Of a stretch of 64,000 nt of DNA, positions 41,129 through 52,782 are shown piece by piece. How positions within the stretch are numbered: the first letter of the stretch is position 1; each line of letters opens with the position of its first letter. The translations under genes were made by a program, and so were the position numbers. A model generated the notes under the pieces. The model saw only the letters and a program-made list of their open reading frames with translations. It did not search any database and was not told the DNA's origin. Origin of the DNA: Nitrospirota bacterium (GTDB lineage Bacteria; Nitrospirota; Nitrospiria; Nitrospirales; Nitrospiraceae); NCBI GenBank assembly GCA_963703955.1, contig CAVPGK010000017.1:224001-288000 (forward strand), read 5' to 3'.

Positions 41129-41415
41129 TCGGATCACGGTGATGGTGACCGGCGAGCCCTGCCACCTTAGCAGGCCATTTCCTAAGTCATCCGGTCTCCT
41201 GCTGAGCTTTTGGCTTTACACAGGCGTCAAGGCGGATTATCGTATTGATGGATCATCCGCTGTCCGACGCGTCACATTCCTGTTCAGCAAGACCTCCGGT
41301 ACATGGTTGAGACCGGTTGACTGAGAGAGGAGGGTTCGTTTCTGGCCGGCTCACGGGGTCATGAGTGCACCGGATTCATAGCGCTAATCACCATTTCAGC
41401 GATAGGAGGTGGATA

Positions 41416-42018
41416 ATGAATCCCAAAGGTATTCTGTGGGCAGTGGTCGCTATCATCATTGTAGTGATGGGTTCTTGGGCGATTTCGTCGGGAGCAAAAG
41501 ATCCTGCTCCTCAGGCTGCCGCTCAGGCTGGAATTCCTGCGGAGAAGGTTGCCGACTACCTGCATGCCATAATCCAGTCTGACCGCGCCTTCTATACGAT
41601 CCATGTCGTAGAGCGATTACAGGCAAAGGGCGTTGTGGTCGCCTCGGAAAATTGGCAGACCGCAAACACGCTTCCTCTCCCGGCCCAATTCTTGATTGAG
41701 TCAGCCCGGTTGACCGCGAATACAGCAACCAAGGTTTCATACCGGCTTATCAGCTTGTGGCCCATCAACAAACAGAATGGGCCCAAGACCGAGTTCGAGC
41801 AAGCGGGACTTTGGGAGACCAAGCAGAATCCGGACCGTCCGTATACCGGGATGGTCCTGAACGGCCGGGATCTATACTTTCAAGCCATTTACGCTGACAA
41901 GGCTGTCTCTCAGGCCTGCATCGGGTGCCACAATGCACACCAAGACAGCCCGAGGCGGGACCTCAAGATGAATGATGTGATGGGCGGGATTATGATCAGC
42001 ATTCCGCTCGATCAGTAG
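41416..42018 (+). CDS. DUF3365-like mono-haem cytochrome c #5
   Basis: CIGCH, AGGAGGT RBS before ATG 41416. Confidence 0.85.
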   Translation: MNPKGILWAVVAIIIVVMGSWAISSGAKDPAPQAAAQAGIPAEKVADYLHAIIQSDRAFYTIHVVERLQAKGVVVASENWQTANTLPLPAQFLIESARLTANTATKVSYRLISLWPINKQNGPKTEFEQAGLWETKQNPDRPYTGMVLNGRDLYFQAIYADKAVSQACIGCHNAHQDSPRRDLKMNDVMGGIMISIPLDQ

Positions 42019-42138
42019 TTGTTCAAGTCATCCGGAACGAGGACCTGGTAACCATGGGATGCGGTGGCTTCCTGAGATGGGTCTTGCCCACGTTCCCGAA
42101 GACGTACGGCTCGTCGTTGCCCTTCGTGGCACTGTTGA

Positions 42139-43164
42139 TCAGTGAAGATCGAGCTGGTGGGTCAGAAACTCTGCGATGGTCTTTTGGCCAACCGGATTGA
42201 GATGTTCGTCAGTCGAGAAGTACACCGGCGTCTTTCGATTGATTTCCTTAAGGATCGGAAGCGGGTTCAACGCATGCACGTGGGGCCACGTGTCGAATGT
42301 GTTCTGAATGCCCGTCAAGAATGGATACTCCGGGGCACCTATCCGGTCGGGTTCAGTGAACGTGGCTCCCAGTTGCCGCATATATGAGATGTACCGCTCA
42401 TCGACTTGCGACACATGGGGAATCACTAGGAGAAAGGCTTGACACAGCTCAGGCTTGCAGTAAGCCAGTAATCGCTTTAGGGTGTTGAGGAACGTCACGT
42501 AATCGGTCCGCCGGGGCACGTTGAGGAGAATCGAATCCTCTATTAACGAAGGATCTGCCTTCACGTACACCTTTACCCGTCCTTCATAATTCTCCACGGA
42601 AAATGAATCAGTCGTCGGGGCAGGAGAATCTGTCCGGGACTCCGAGCCCGGCCTCTGCCGCGTTTCGCCATGTAAGGATTGCACGATCTGGCCGAGTCGA
42701 TAGTTGACATAGCCGATCGATCGGAGCTGATTGGCGATCAACCAATACAGATTTCGCGGGAACGACAGCTCGTTCCAGTTCACCGGATAGCTGATATCGA
42801 ACAGATCGTTCCCCACGTAAATCTGATAGATGAAGATTGACGGGTGAAAAGTGTGAAATCGTTGTCGAGCGATCAATTCTGCCTGGATGACCCCCGTTCC
42901 ACTGACTCCTCCGTTAATGATTCGCACTCTCGGGAACGCCTGCTGGAGGATGCCCACATAGTTCCCGGGGCCTGCCGTGAACGAGTCCCCCATGACGAGA
43001 ATCGTTTTCCGACCGTCCTCGGAAAAGTATTCCGGCGGATTGAGTGCCCGGAGCTCTGGCGAATAGGTATCTATAACTTGCCACCGATAGAGTCCTTCAA
43101 GCACAAGGACCGGCACCAGGAGTGTGAGCAACAGGTATCGTGAGAAGGTCAGGAAATGCTTCAT
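42139..43164 (-). CDS. SGNH/GDSL hydrolase, membrane-anchored
   Basis: GDSFT, GND, DEH blocks; N-terminal TM. Confidence 0.85.
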   Translation of the reverse strand: MKHFLTFSRYLLLTLLVPVLVLEGLYRWQVIDTYSPELRALNPPEYFSEDGRKTILVMGDSFTAGPGNYVGILQQAFPRVRIINGGVSGTGVIQAELIARQRFHTFHPSIFIYQIYVGNDLFDISYPVNWNELSFPRNLYWLIANQLRSIGYVNYRLGQIVQSLHGETRQRPGSESRTDSPAPTTDSFSVENYEGRVKVYVKADPSLIEDSILLNVPRRTDYVTFLNTLKRLLAYCKPELCQAFLLVIPHVSQVDERYISYMRQLGATFTEPDRIGAPEYPFLTGIQNTFDTWPHVHALNPLPILKEINRKTPVYFSTDEHLNPVGQKTIAEFLTHQLDLH

Positions 43165-43517
43165 AAGAGCTTGTAGGGTAAGCGGCTCAAAAGAGCTGGA
43201 AGCTGTTTATGTCATGCCGGGATGGTCCTGACAACCCTGGAAGCTGGTTTGAGCTATTGGATCGTGGCAAGGCTTTAATGGTTGCAGGTCATGAAGTGAC
43301 GCAAGACCTGATTGGCAGTCACACAGCGGGAACGCCCTTGACGTCGTGCGCAGGGTGCAGAACGTCGGCTGAAAGCCTTCTGGTCAATGGGTGCGCCACA
43401 CAGGGCAGCATCTTCATCATGGACCGGGATGGTCGACGTTCCCTCTCCACGTGCGGAGGAGCGGGGGCATGGAGGCGAAAGGACCCGGACGAAGGGAATG
43501 CTGAAAGCCCGTCAAAC

Positions 43518-43937
43518 CTAATGACCAGAGCGTCTGGCACGTTCGGCGATTTTCTTGCGGAGCCGGGCTTTGTCGAGACTGATTCTTGCTTCTTCCACCT
43601 CGGAGGGCAGCCCTCCCGTTTCGAGGCGTTTTTCGGCTTTCTGGACCGCGGCTTGAGCGCGTTCTACGTCGATGTCTTCGGCCTTTTCTGCGATTTCGGC
43701 GAGGATCGTGACCTTCGTGGGCGTGACCTCGGCGAATCCCCACAGCACGGACATGAACGACCAGGCGTCGCTGATCTTATAGCGGAGCTCGCCGATCTTG
43801 AGCATGGAGAGGAAGTGACAGTGGCCCGGCAGCACGCCGAACTCACCCTCGGTTCCCGGGGCAATCACCTCGTCCACCTGCCGACTCAGCAGCAGTTTCT
43901 CGGGTGTCACCACTTCAAGGAGTATCTTGGTCGCCAT
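43518..43937 (-). CDS. atpC: F1 ATP synthase epsilon
   Basis: LEVVTPE, GEFGVLPGH, GFAEV. Confidence 0.96.
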   Translation of the reverse strand: MATKILLEVVTPEKLLLSRQVDEVIAPGTEGEFGVLPGHCHFLSMLKIGELRYKISDAWSFMSVLWGFAEVTPTKVTILAEIAEKAEDIDVERAQAAVQKAEKRLETGGLPSEVEEARISLDKARLRKKIAERARRSGH

Positions 43938-44002
43938 CGATCCTCAGCTTTCAGCATCAGCAAGCAAGCGATTCCAAAACTGATCGCTGACCGCTCTGTT
44001 GA

Positions 44003-46393
<2,391 letters not shown>

Positions 46394-46401
46394 GAGCTTG
46401 A

Positions 46402-46522
46402 AGGCTGCTGAAAAAACCCTCCAGCGGCGCTCTCAGTCGCGAGCCCAGCTCCACGTACACGAAGAGTACGTCTCAGCGTCCTCGCTCCTTGCGGTCTCGC
46501 TGGCGGATTTCTTGAGCAGCCT
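46402..46522. mobile_element. MITE-like element, family A copy 3, between atpA and atpG
   Basis: AGGCTGCTGAAAAA ... TTCTTGAGCAGCCT; internal similarity to 18961 and 20016 copies. Confidence 0.7.
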
Positions 46523-46548
46523 TTCCATACGTACAATAAAATGAGTTG

Positions 46549-48069
46549 CTAGGCCTGCGCCCCGTATCCCATCTTCTGTTTGAAGGTGGTGATGATCTGC
46601 TTCAGCTCCGTGGCAAAGCCCTCGTCGATCTTGCTCTTCGTCCCCACATCTTTTTTGATCTGCGGGCGGTGTTGAGCGACATAATGGAGGAGATCCTCTT
46701 CAAACTGACGGATTTTGTCCACCGGGACATCATCCACGAACCCGTTGACGCCGGCATAAATCGAGATGACCTGATCGGCGACCGGCATGGGCTTGTATTG
46801 TCCTTGCTTGAGCAGTTCGACCATCCGAACACCCCGGGCCAACTGAGCCTGCGTGGCCCTGTCGAGCTCGCTGCCGAACTGGGAGAAGGCCGCCATTTCT
46901 CGATACTGCGCAAGGTCCAGGCGGAGCGTTCCGGCCACCTGCTTCATGGTTTTGATCTGCGCCGACCCACCGACACGGGAGACGGACAGGCCAACGTTGA
47001 TGGCCGGCCGGATCCCCGAGTAGAACAGGTCGCTCGCCAGGTAAATCTGACCGTCGGTAATGGAAATGACGTTCGTCGGGATGTACGCCGAGACGTCGCC
47101 CGCCTGGGTCTCGATGATCGGAAGCGCGGTCAGACTGCCTCCGCCGAGCTTTTCGCTGAGCTTGGCCGCCCGCTCCAGGAGTCGCGAGTGCAGGTAGAAG
47201 ACGTCACCCGGGTAGGCTTCTCGGCCGGGCGGCCGGCGAAGCAATAACGAGAGCTGCCTGTAAGCCGTGGCATGCTTGGACAGGTCATCATAGATGATAA
47301 GGGCGTGTTTCCCATTGTCGCGGAAATATTCGCCGATGGCGACACCGGCATAGGGAGCGAGGTACTGCATCGAGGCCGCATCGCTCGCGGTGGCGGAGAC
47401 CACGATGCTGTACTCCATCGCATGATGCTCCTCCAGCGTCTTGACCACTCGGGCCACCGTGGAACGCTTTTGCCCAATGGCCACGTATATGCAAAAGACG
47501 TCCAAGCCTCTTTGATTGATGATCGTATCGACGGCGATGGCGGTCTTGCCGGTCTGCCGATCACCGATGATCAATTCCCGCTGACCCCGGCCGATCGGAA
47601 TCATCGCATCGATTGCCTTGATCCCGGTCTGCAACGGCTCTCGCACCGACTGGCGATCGACCACACCCGGCGCTCTCAGCTCGATGCGGCGGCTCAGCGA
47701 GGCCTTGATGGGCCCCTTTCCGTCCAACGGAAGGCCGATCGCATCGACCACGCGTCCGACGAGCGCTTCCCCGATGGGCACCTCAGCAATGCGTCCCGTT
47801 CGCTTGACCGGATCGCCCTCTTTGATGCCGGTGTCATCACCCATCAGCACGGCCCCGACACTGTCCTCTTCGAGGTTCAGGGCGATGCCGTAAAGGTTCC
47901 CGGGAAACTCCAGCATCTCGCCGGCCATCGCGCCGTCGAGTCCATAGACCTTGGCGATGCCATCACCGACTTGAATGATGGATCCGCTCTCGTTGACATC
48001 GACGTGCTTATCGAAGTCCTTAATCTTCTCCTTGATAATCGCGCTGATCTCGTCGGACTTGATCTGCAT
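46549..48069 (-). CDS. atpA: F1 ATP synthase alpha
   Basis: [23 protein letters not shown]. Confidence 0.97.
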   Translation of the reverse strand: MQIKSDEISAIIKEKIKDFDKHVDVNESGSIIQVGDGIAKVYGLDGAMAGEMLEFPGNLYGIALNLEEDSVGAVLMGDDTGIKEGDPVKRTGRIAEVPIGEALVGRVVDAIGLPLDGKGPIKASLSRRIELRAPGVVDRQSVREPLQTGIKAIDAMIPIGRGQRELIIGDRQTGKTAIAVDTIINQRGLDVFCIYVAIGQKRSTVARVVKTLEEHHAMEYSIVVSATASDAASMQYLAPYAGVAIGEYFRDNGKHALIIYDDLSKHATAYRQLSLLLRRPPGREAYPGDVFYLHSRLLERAAKLSEKLGGGSLTALPIIETQAGDVSAYIPTNVISITDGQIYLASDLFYSGIRPAINVGLSVSRVGGSAQIKTMKQVAGTLRLDLAQYREMAAFSQFGSELDRATQAQLARGVRMVELLKQGQYKPMPVADQVISIYAGVNGFVDDVPVDKIRQFEEDLLHYVAQHRPQIKKDVGTKSKIDEGFATELKQIITTFKQKMGYGAQA

Positions 48070-48072
48070 TCG

Positions 48073-48612
48073 CTACTCCTTGGTCACAAGAGTCCGCATG
48101 GCCGTCAATCGGCTGCGAACGGAGCTATCATACACCGTGGTGCCGATTCGGATCTGGAGCCCGGAGAGAAGTGTCGGTTCGGTCTGGAATGAAAGATCGA
48201 CGTTGTGTCGCAAGAGTTCGCGAAGGCGGTTACGGAGGCTATCCTGCTCGGCGGGAGTCAAGGCTTTGGCCGACGTGACCGCAACCTGCTTGGTCCCTTT
48301 CGCTTGATCGGCAAGCGCGGCGAATTGGTCGGCGATCTCTTGGAGAAAGCCAATCCGATTTTTTTTCACCAATTGGGCGAGAAAATTGTTGATAACCGGA
48401 GGGCATCCCAGACGCTGACTGAGTGCGGAAAGGACATCTCGTTTTTGAGCAAAGCCGAATGCGGGCGACGCCAGGACATGCCTCAGGGACGACAATTCCG
48501 AAATAGTCTGCGCCAACGCCCTCAAGCCGGTCTTCGTGGCTTCAATCGTGGCCTCATCCGTGAGGCCGAACAGGGCTTTCGCGTAACGACGAGCAACCGC
48601 GATTTTGATCAC
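48073..48612 (-). CDS. atpH: F1 ATP synthase delta
   Basis: ARRYAKALF, VTSA, YDSSV; GTG start 48612. Confidence 0.92.
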   Translation of the reverse strand: MIKIAVARRYAKALFGLTDEATIEATKTGLRALAQTISELSSLRHVLASPAFGFAQKRDVLSALSQRLGCPPVINNFLAQLVKKNRIGFLQEIADQFAALADQAKGTKQVAVTSAKALTPAEQDSLRNRLRELLRHNVDLSFQTEPTLLSGLQIRIGTTVYDSSVRSRLTAMRTLVTKE

Positions 48613-48671
48613 AATCGTACCGGGTTTACCGGGGATTCGTGCGTGCGGGTGGGCACGACAAAAAACGGGGC

Positions 48672-48701
48672 ACAGTAGCATCCGGCAACGGAATGTGTCA
48701 A
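48672..48701 (-). promoter_or_regulatory. sigma70 promoter of atpHAGDC
   Basis: TTGACA-18-TACTGT with TGn extension. Confidence 0.6.
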
Positions 48702-48721
48702 GCGGGAAGGTGGCGCAAACG

Positions 48722-49798
48722 CTACTGAATAATGCCGCCGCCTAAGACACGGTCGCCGTCATAGAAGACGGCGGACTGGCCTGGGCTGAGCGCACGCTGA
48801 GGAGCCTGAAAGCGAACGTGAACGGTCCCGTCCGTGTGAGGCGTGAGAGTGGCCGGCGCGGAGGGTGTGGCGTACCGGACCTTGACGCGAGCTTCTACCG
48901 GCTCTGTGAGAAAGGTTTCATCAAACACATTGAGGTCAGTGACGGCGCAGTCCGAGCGAAACAGTTCTTCCTCTGGACCCAAGACGACCGTCTGGGTCTC
49001 AGAGATCACGCGCTGCACGTACAGCCGTTGTCCTGTGGCGATGCCTAAGCCGCGTCGCTGACCGGGTGTGTAGTAGGCAATCCCATCGTGCCGACCCAGG
49101 ACACGGCCTTCCCGATCAGTAAACCATCCGGGCTTTCGTGACTCTGGCGCTTCGCGTTCCATAAACGTTCGATAATCGCCCTGACTCACAAAGCAGATTT
49201 CCTGACTCTCTTTGATATCATCCGCCGGCAAGCCTAAGGATTCGGCCCGAGCCCATACCTCTGACTTGCGCAGGGCCCCGACCGGGAAGAGGAGGCGATC
49301 CAGCCACAAGGGGTTGATCCGGTACAGAAAATAGCTTTGGTCCTTCCGAGGATCCGCTGCTCGCTGCAATGTCGGCCGCTCGCCGTCGCGATTGATTTGG
49401 GCATAATGCCCGGTGGCCACGAAATCGGTGCCTCGTTCCTCGGCAAGGCAATACAGCGAGCGGAGCTTGACTCGCTCATTGCAACGCACACAGGGGTTCG
49501 GGGTGGTGCCGGCCTGATATCCGGATAAAAAATCATCGATCACGCCGGACCGAAAATTCTCCCTCGTGTCGATCACCTCATGGGAAATTCCCAGTCGCGC
49601 GGCTACGTAGCGGGCCAGCCCGACCTTACAGCAACCGCGCTCCTGCCACCGCTTGGACACCGCCACCGATTCGTCCTCGTGTTCCCAGACTTGCAGCGTG
49701 ATCCCTTGGACCTGATACCCCTGCTCAACAAGGAGGGCGGCAGCTACAGAGCTGTCTACCCCACCGCTCATGCCGAGAATCACTGTTCGCCGGCTCAT
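48722..49798 (-). CDS. mnmA: tRNA 2-thiouridylase MnmA
   Basis: SGGVDS, GCC, PNPCVRCN, TGHY, KDQSYFL, SQEICF, PGQ. Confidence 0.96.
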   Translation of the reverse strand: MSRRTVILGMSGGVDSSVAAALLVEQGYQVQGITLQVWEHEDESVAVSKRWQERGCCKVGLARYVAARLGISHEVIDTRENFRSGVIDDFLSGYQAGTTPNPCVRCNERVKLRSLYCLAEERGTDFVATGHYAQINRDGERPTLQRAADPRKDQSYFLYRINPLWLDRLLFPVGALRKSEVWARAESLGLPADDIKESQEICFVSQGDYRTFMEREAPESRKPGWFTDREGRVLGRHDGIAYYTPGQRRGLGIATGQRLYVQRVISETQTVVLGPEEELFRSDCAVTDLNVFDETFLTEPVEARVKVRYATPSAPATLTPHTDGTVHVRFQAPQRALSPGQSAVFYDGDRVLGGGIIQ

Positions 49799-49808
49799 TC
49801 CTATTCCT

Positions 49809-50267
49809 TCACGATTGGCCGTCCTGGGCGCGGACCTTGCGGTGCGCGGCCAGATCACGCACGTTCTCAAGCGTCTTGGCTTCCTGCTCGGTTTGTTCGG
49901 ACCACTTGTTGGCGCCCATATCGCACATGCCGTGAATGTGCGCTCCTTCTTCTATCACAATTGCGGGCGTCCGCACATCACCCAATACGACAGCCGGCTT
50001 CAGTAACTGAATCTTTTCCGTTGCCGTGATGGTCGCCTTGATCTTTCCGCCGCAGATAACGGTCCCGGCGCTGATCAATCCCTTGATGACCGCATGTTCC
50101 CCGATGACCAGGGTTCCCTTGGTGTGAACCTCGCCTTCCAGGTGGCCGTCGATTCGCACCGTTCCATCGAAGTGAATAACTCCCTTAAAATCGACCCCTC
50201 GTCCCAGGAAAGTAAAATTCTCATCGGTTTCGTTGACGCCCTTCTTCTTTGGATTGAATTCAAACAT
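49809..50267 (-). CDS. Bactofilin (polymer-forming cytoskeletal protein)
   Basis: TFLGRGVDFKG, VRIDG, IEEGA beta-helix repeats. Confidence 0.9.
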   Translation of the reverse strand: MFEFNPKKKGVNETDENFTFLGRGVDFKGVIHFDGTVRIDGHLEGEVHTKGTLVIGEHAVIKGLISAGTVICGGKIKATITATEKIQLLKPAVVLGDVRTPAIVIEEGAHIHGMCDMGANKWSEQTEQEAKTLENVRDLAAHRKVRAQDGQS

Positions 50268-50421
50268 GGGTGCCTCCTCTCGCTTACGTCGGTGAAGGGA
50301 AATGGTTAGGCCTGCCGGCTGCCTTGCCGAGGTTGCCTGACTCTAAGCTGGGTCGGATGGGTTGAAGGATAGAGAGCTGTGTTGGTCCTGCCGTGGATCT
50401 GTTCGGTCGATGGATCTATCG

Positions 50422-51261
50422 TCATCCCAGAAGCATTTCCAACAAGCGATCCAACTCTACAGGCGAGAAATAGTGTAGCACAACCTTTCCGCCGGTCCTG
50501 CCCTTGATGATGGAGACTCTTGTTCCGAAGCGCTTCTGAAGTTTCTCTTCGAGATCAACATAGGACCGATGTTGTGGTCTGGTCCGTCTTGGGGTTGGAG
50601 TATGGGTCGAAATCTTCTCGGCTTCTCTCACGGTGAGTTGCTTTTCAACGATCTGGCGAGCAAGTGCGAGTTGCTCTTCGAGGTGATTAAGGCCCAGGAT
50701 GACTTTCGCATGCCCCGTCGTCAAGGCGCCTGACTCAACTAAGCATTGGACTTCATTAGGTAAATTGACGAGCCTTGCAATGTTTGCAACCGAGGATCGA
50801 TCCTTTCCAATCCGTTGCGCGACCGTTTCTTGAGTGAAACCAAATTCATGAATGAGCCGATGATAGGCCCGGGCGGCTTCCATTGGATTAAGATCCTGGC
50901 GCTGCAAATTCTCCACGAGGGCGAGCTCCATCACCTGTTCATCACTGGAATTGCGAACGATCGCAGGTACAGTGAGCAGACCGGCTAATTTTGCTGCTCG
51001 CAATCGCCGCTCGCCTGCGATGAGTTCGTAGAGTCCGTCACCCTTTCGTCGAACCAGAACCGGCTGCAGCACACCATTCTGCTTGATCGATTCGGCAAGC
51101 TGCGTGAGCTCGGACTCCTGGAACTCGCTTCGAGGTTGGTAACGATTGGGAATAATGTTGAGGAGCGGAATTTCCTGAATTTCGCGTGTCGGCATCGCAG
51201 TTTTGAATCCACTATCCGGCAATAACGCTTCAAGACCTTTACCGAGCGCCTTCTTTTCCAT
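50422..51261 (-). CDS. parB: Chromosome partition protein ParB
   Basis: LGKGLEAL, QPR, IAGERRLRA, ENLQR. Confidence 0.96.
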   Translation of the reverse strand: MEKKALGKGLEALLPDSGFKTAMPTREIQEIPLLNIIPNRYQPRSEFQESELTQLAESIKQNGVLQPVLVRRKGDGLYELIAGERRLRAAKLAGLLTVPAIVRNSSDEQVMELALVENLQRQDLNPMEAARAYHRLIHEFGFTQETVAQRIGKDRSSVANIARLVNLPNEVQCLVESGALTTGHAKVILGLNHLEEQLALARQIVEKQLTVREAEKISTHTPTPRRTRPQHRSYVDLEEKLQKRFGTRVSIIKGRTGGKVVLHYFSPVELDRLLEMLLG

Positions 51262-52015
51262 GCGCCAAGATCTCCTTTGACAATTCGAAATAGGCCTGGG
51301 CTCCGGACGACGCGGCATTGTACAGCGCCACGGGACGACCGTAGCTTGGGGCCTCAGCTAAGGTGACGTTTCGCGGGATCATCGTCTTGTATACTTTTTC
51401 CTTGAAATGACTTCTAATTTCCTCCACGACCTGTCGGGCCAAACTGTTTCGGGAGTCGTACATGGTCAGTAGAATCCCTTCGATCTCAAGGGTCGGGTTC
51501 AATGAGTCCTGCACCCGCTTCACATTCGCCATCAGTCGTCCGAGACCTTCCATTGCATAGTATTCGCATTGGATGGGTACCAGGACGGATGAAGCCGCGA
51601 CCAGCGCATTGATGGTGAGGATTCCCAAGGCTGGTGGGCAATCAAAGATAATAAAATCATAGCGATCGAATGTGTCACCCAGGGCATTCTTGAGAACTGC
51701 TTCGCGCGCTTCAACGTTCACCAATTCGACTTCTGCGCCCACTAAGTCCGCATTCGCTGGGGCAAGAAAGAGTTTGGGAATTCCAGTGGATGCGATCACT
51801 TCAGAGACGTAAGCTCCCCGGGTCATGCAGTCGTAGATCGTCCGAGAAAGGTTTCTCGGATCAAGGCCCAGGCCACTCGTCGCATTCGACTGGGGGTCCA
51901 GATCGACCAATAAGACAGAACGCTCCCCTATTGCCAGCGACGCGGCGACGTTAACCGATGTGGTTGTCTTTCCGACACCTCCTTTCTGATTTGCAATAGC
52001 AATTGTTCTTGCCAT
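51239..52015 (-). CDS. parA: Chromosome partition ATPase ParA/Soj
   Basis: NQKGGVGKTT, DLDPQ, DCPP, EAPSYG. Confidence 0.96.
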   Translation of the reverse strand: MARTIAIANQKGGVGKTTTSVNVAASLAIGERSVLLVDLDPQSNATSGLGLDPRNLSRTIYDCMTRGAYVSEVIASTGIPKLFLAPANADLVGAEVELVNVEAREAVLKNALGDTFDRYDFIIFDCPPALGILTINALVAASSVLVPIQCEYYAMEGLGRLMANVKRVQDSLNPTLEIEGILLTMYDSRNSLARQVVEEIRSHFKEKVYKTMIPRNVTLAEAPSYGRPVALYNAASSGAQAYFELSKEILAHGKEGAR

Positions 52016-52028
52016 GGTGTTTCTCGTT

Positions 52029-52712
52029 CTATGCAGTGAGCTTCATAGCGACTGTTCCACGTGGAACAGTCTCAAGAATAGTTAAGACCCGTCTCCCGGC
52101 TTGGTATGGCAGGTCATAGGCGATTTCCTGTGTGACCATGAGTCCATCGACGGTGAGTGCACTTCCGAAAGATTTCGACCTGCAGAGGATCAATCTGCCA
52201 TGATTTGTGAGCAACGGTTCGACGCAATGGATAATCGAGCGAACGTTCAGGGCTCGAGTCGTCACGTAGGCAAAGGTGCAGTGGTAATTTATTTGCGCTG
52301 AGAGTTCCTCCAATGGTTGTGACAGTACGCGAGAGTCTTTCAAGGAAAGTGTCCCAATCATGTGCCTCAAAAACGCTGTTTTCTTGTGATTTGGTTCGAG
52401 GAGGGTGAGGTGAATCTCTGGGCAAAGAATCTTGAGGGGAAGACCTGGAAATCCAGCTCCAGCACCGACATCCAAGAGCAAATCATGTGATTTGAGGGAC
52501 CGCAGAGCCTTGCTACAGGCCAGCGAATCGAGAAAATGCTTGACCGCGATCTGTTTGGTATCCGTAATAGCGGTCAGATTCGTCTTTCCATTCCAGATGG
52601 TCAGTTCACGGAGGTACTGGGAAAATTGTCCGAGTTGATGCTCGGTGAGAGAGAGCCCGAGCTCAGCAGAACCGTCGACCAGGTATGATCGGAGGTCGGA
52701 GGTCTGTTCCAC
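52029..52712 (-). CDS. rsmG: 16S rRNA m7G527 methyltransferase
   Basis: WNGKTNLTAI, HFLDSL, DVGAGAGFPG, KKTAFL. Confidence 0.94.
   Translation of the reverse strand: MEQTSDLRSYLVDGSAELGLSLTEHQLGQFSQYLRELTIWNGKTNLTAITDTKQIAVKHFLDSLACSKALRSLKSHDLLLDVGAGAGFPGLPLKILCPEIHLTLLEPNHKKTAFLRHMIGTLSLKDSRVLSQPLEELSAQINYHCTFAYVTTRALNVRSIIHCVEPLLTNHGRLILCRSKSFGSALTVDGLMVTQEIAYDLPYQAGRRVLTILETVPRGTVAMKLTA
52053..52068. promoter_or_regulatory. parS site
   Basis: Perfect palindrome TGTTCCACGTGGAACA. Confidence 0.9.
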
Positions 52713-52720
52713 GTGGAACA
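52705..52720. promoter_or_regulatory. parS site overlapping the predicted rsmG start codon
   Basis: Perfect palindrome TGTTCCACGTGGAACA. Confidence 0.9.
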
Positions 52721-52782
52721 GACCTACGATATCTCCAATGGGTCGTCAAGCGTTTTTTTGTATTGGGGACGAATCCGACGGG

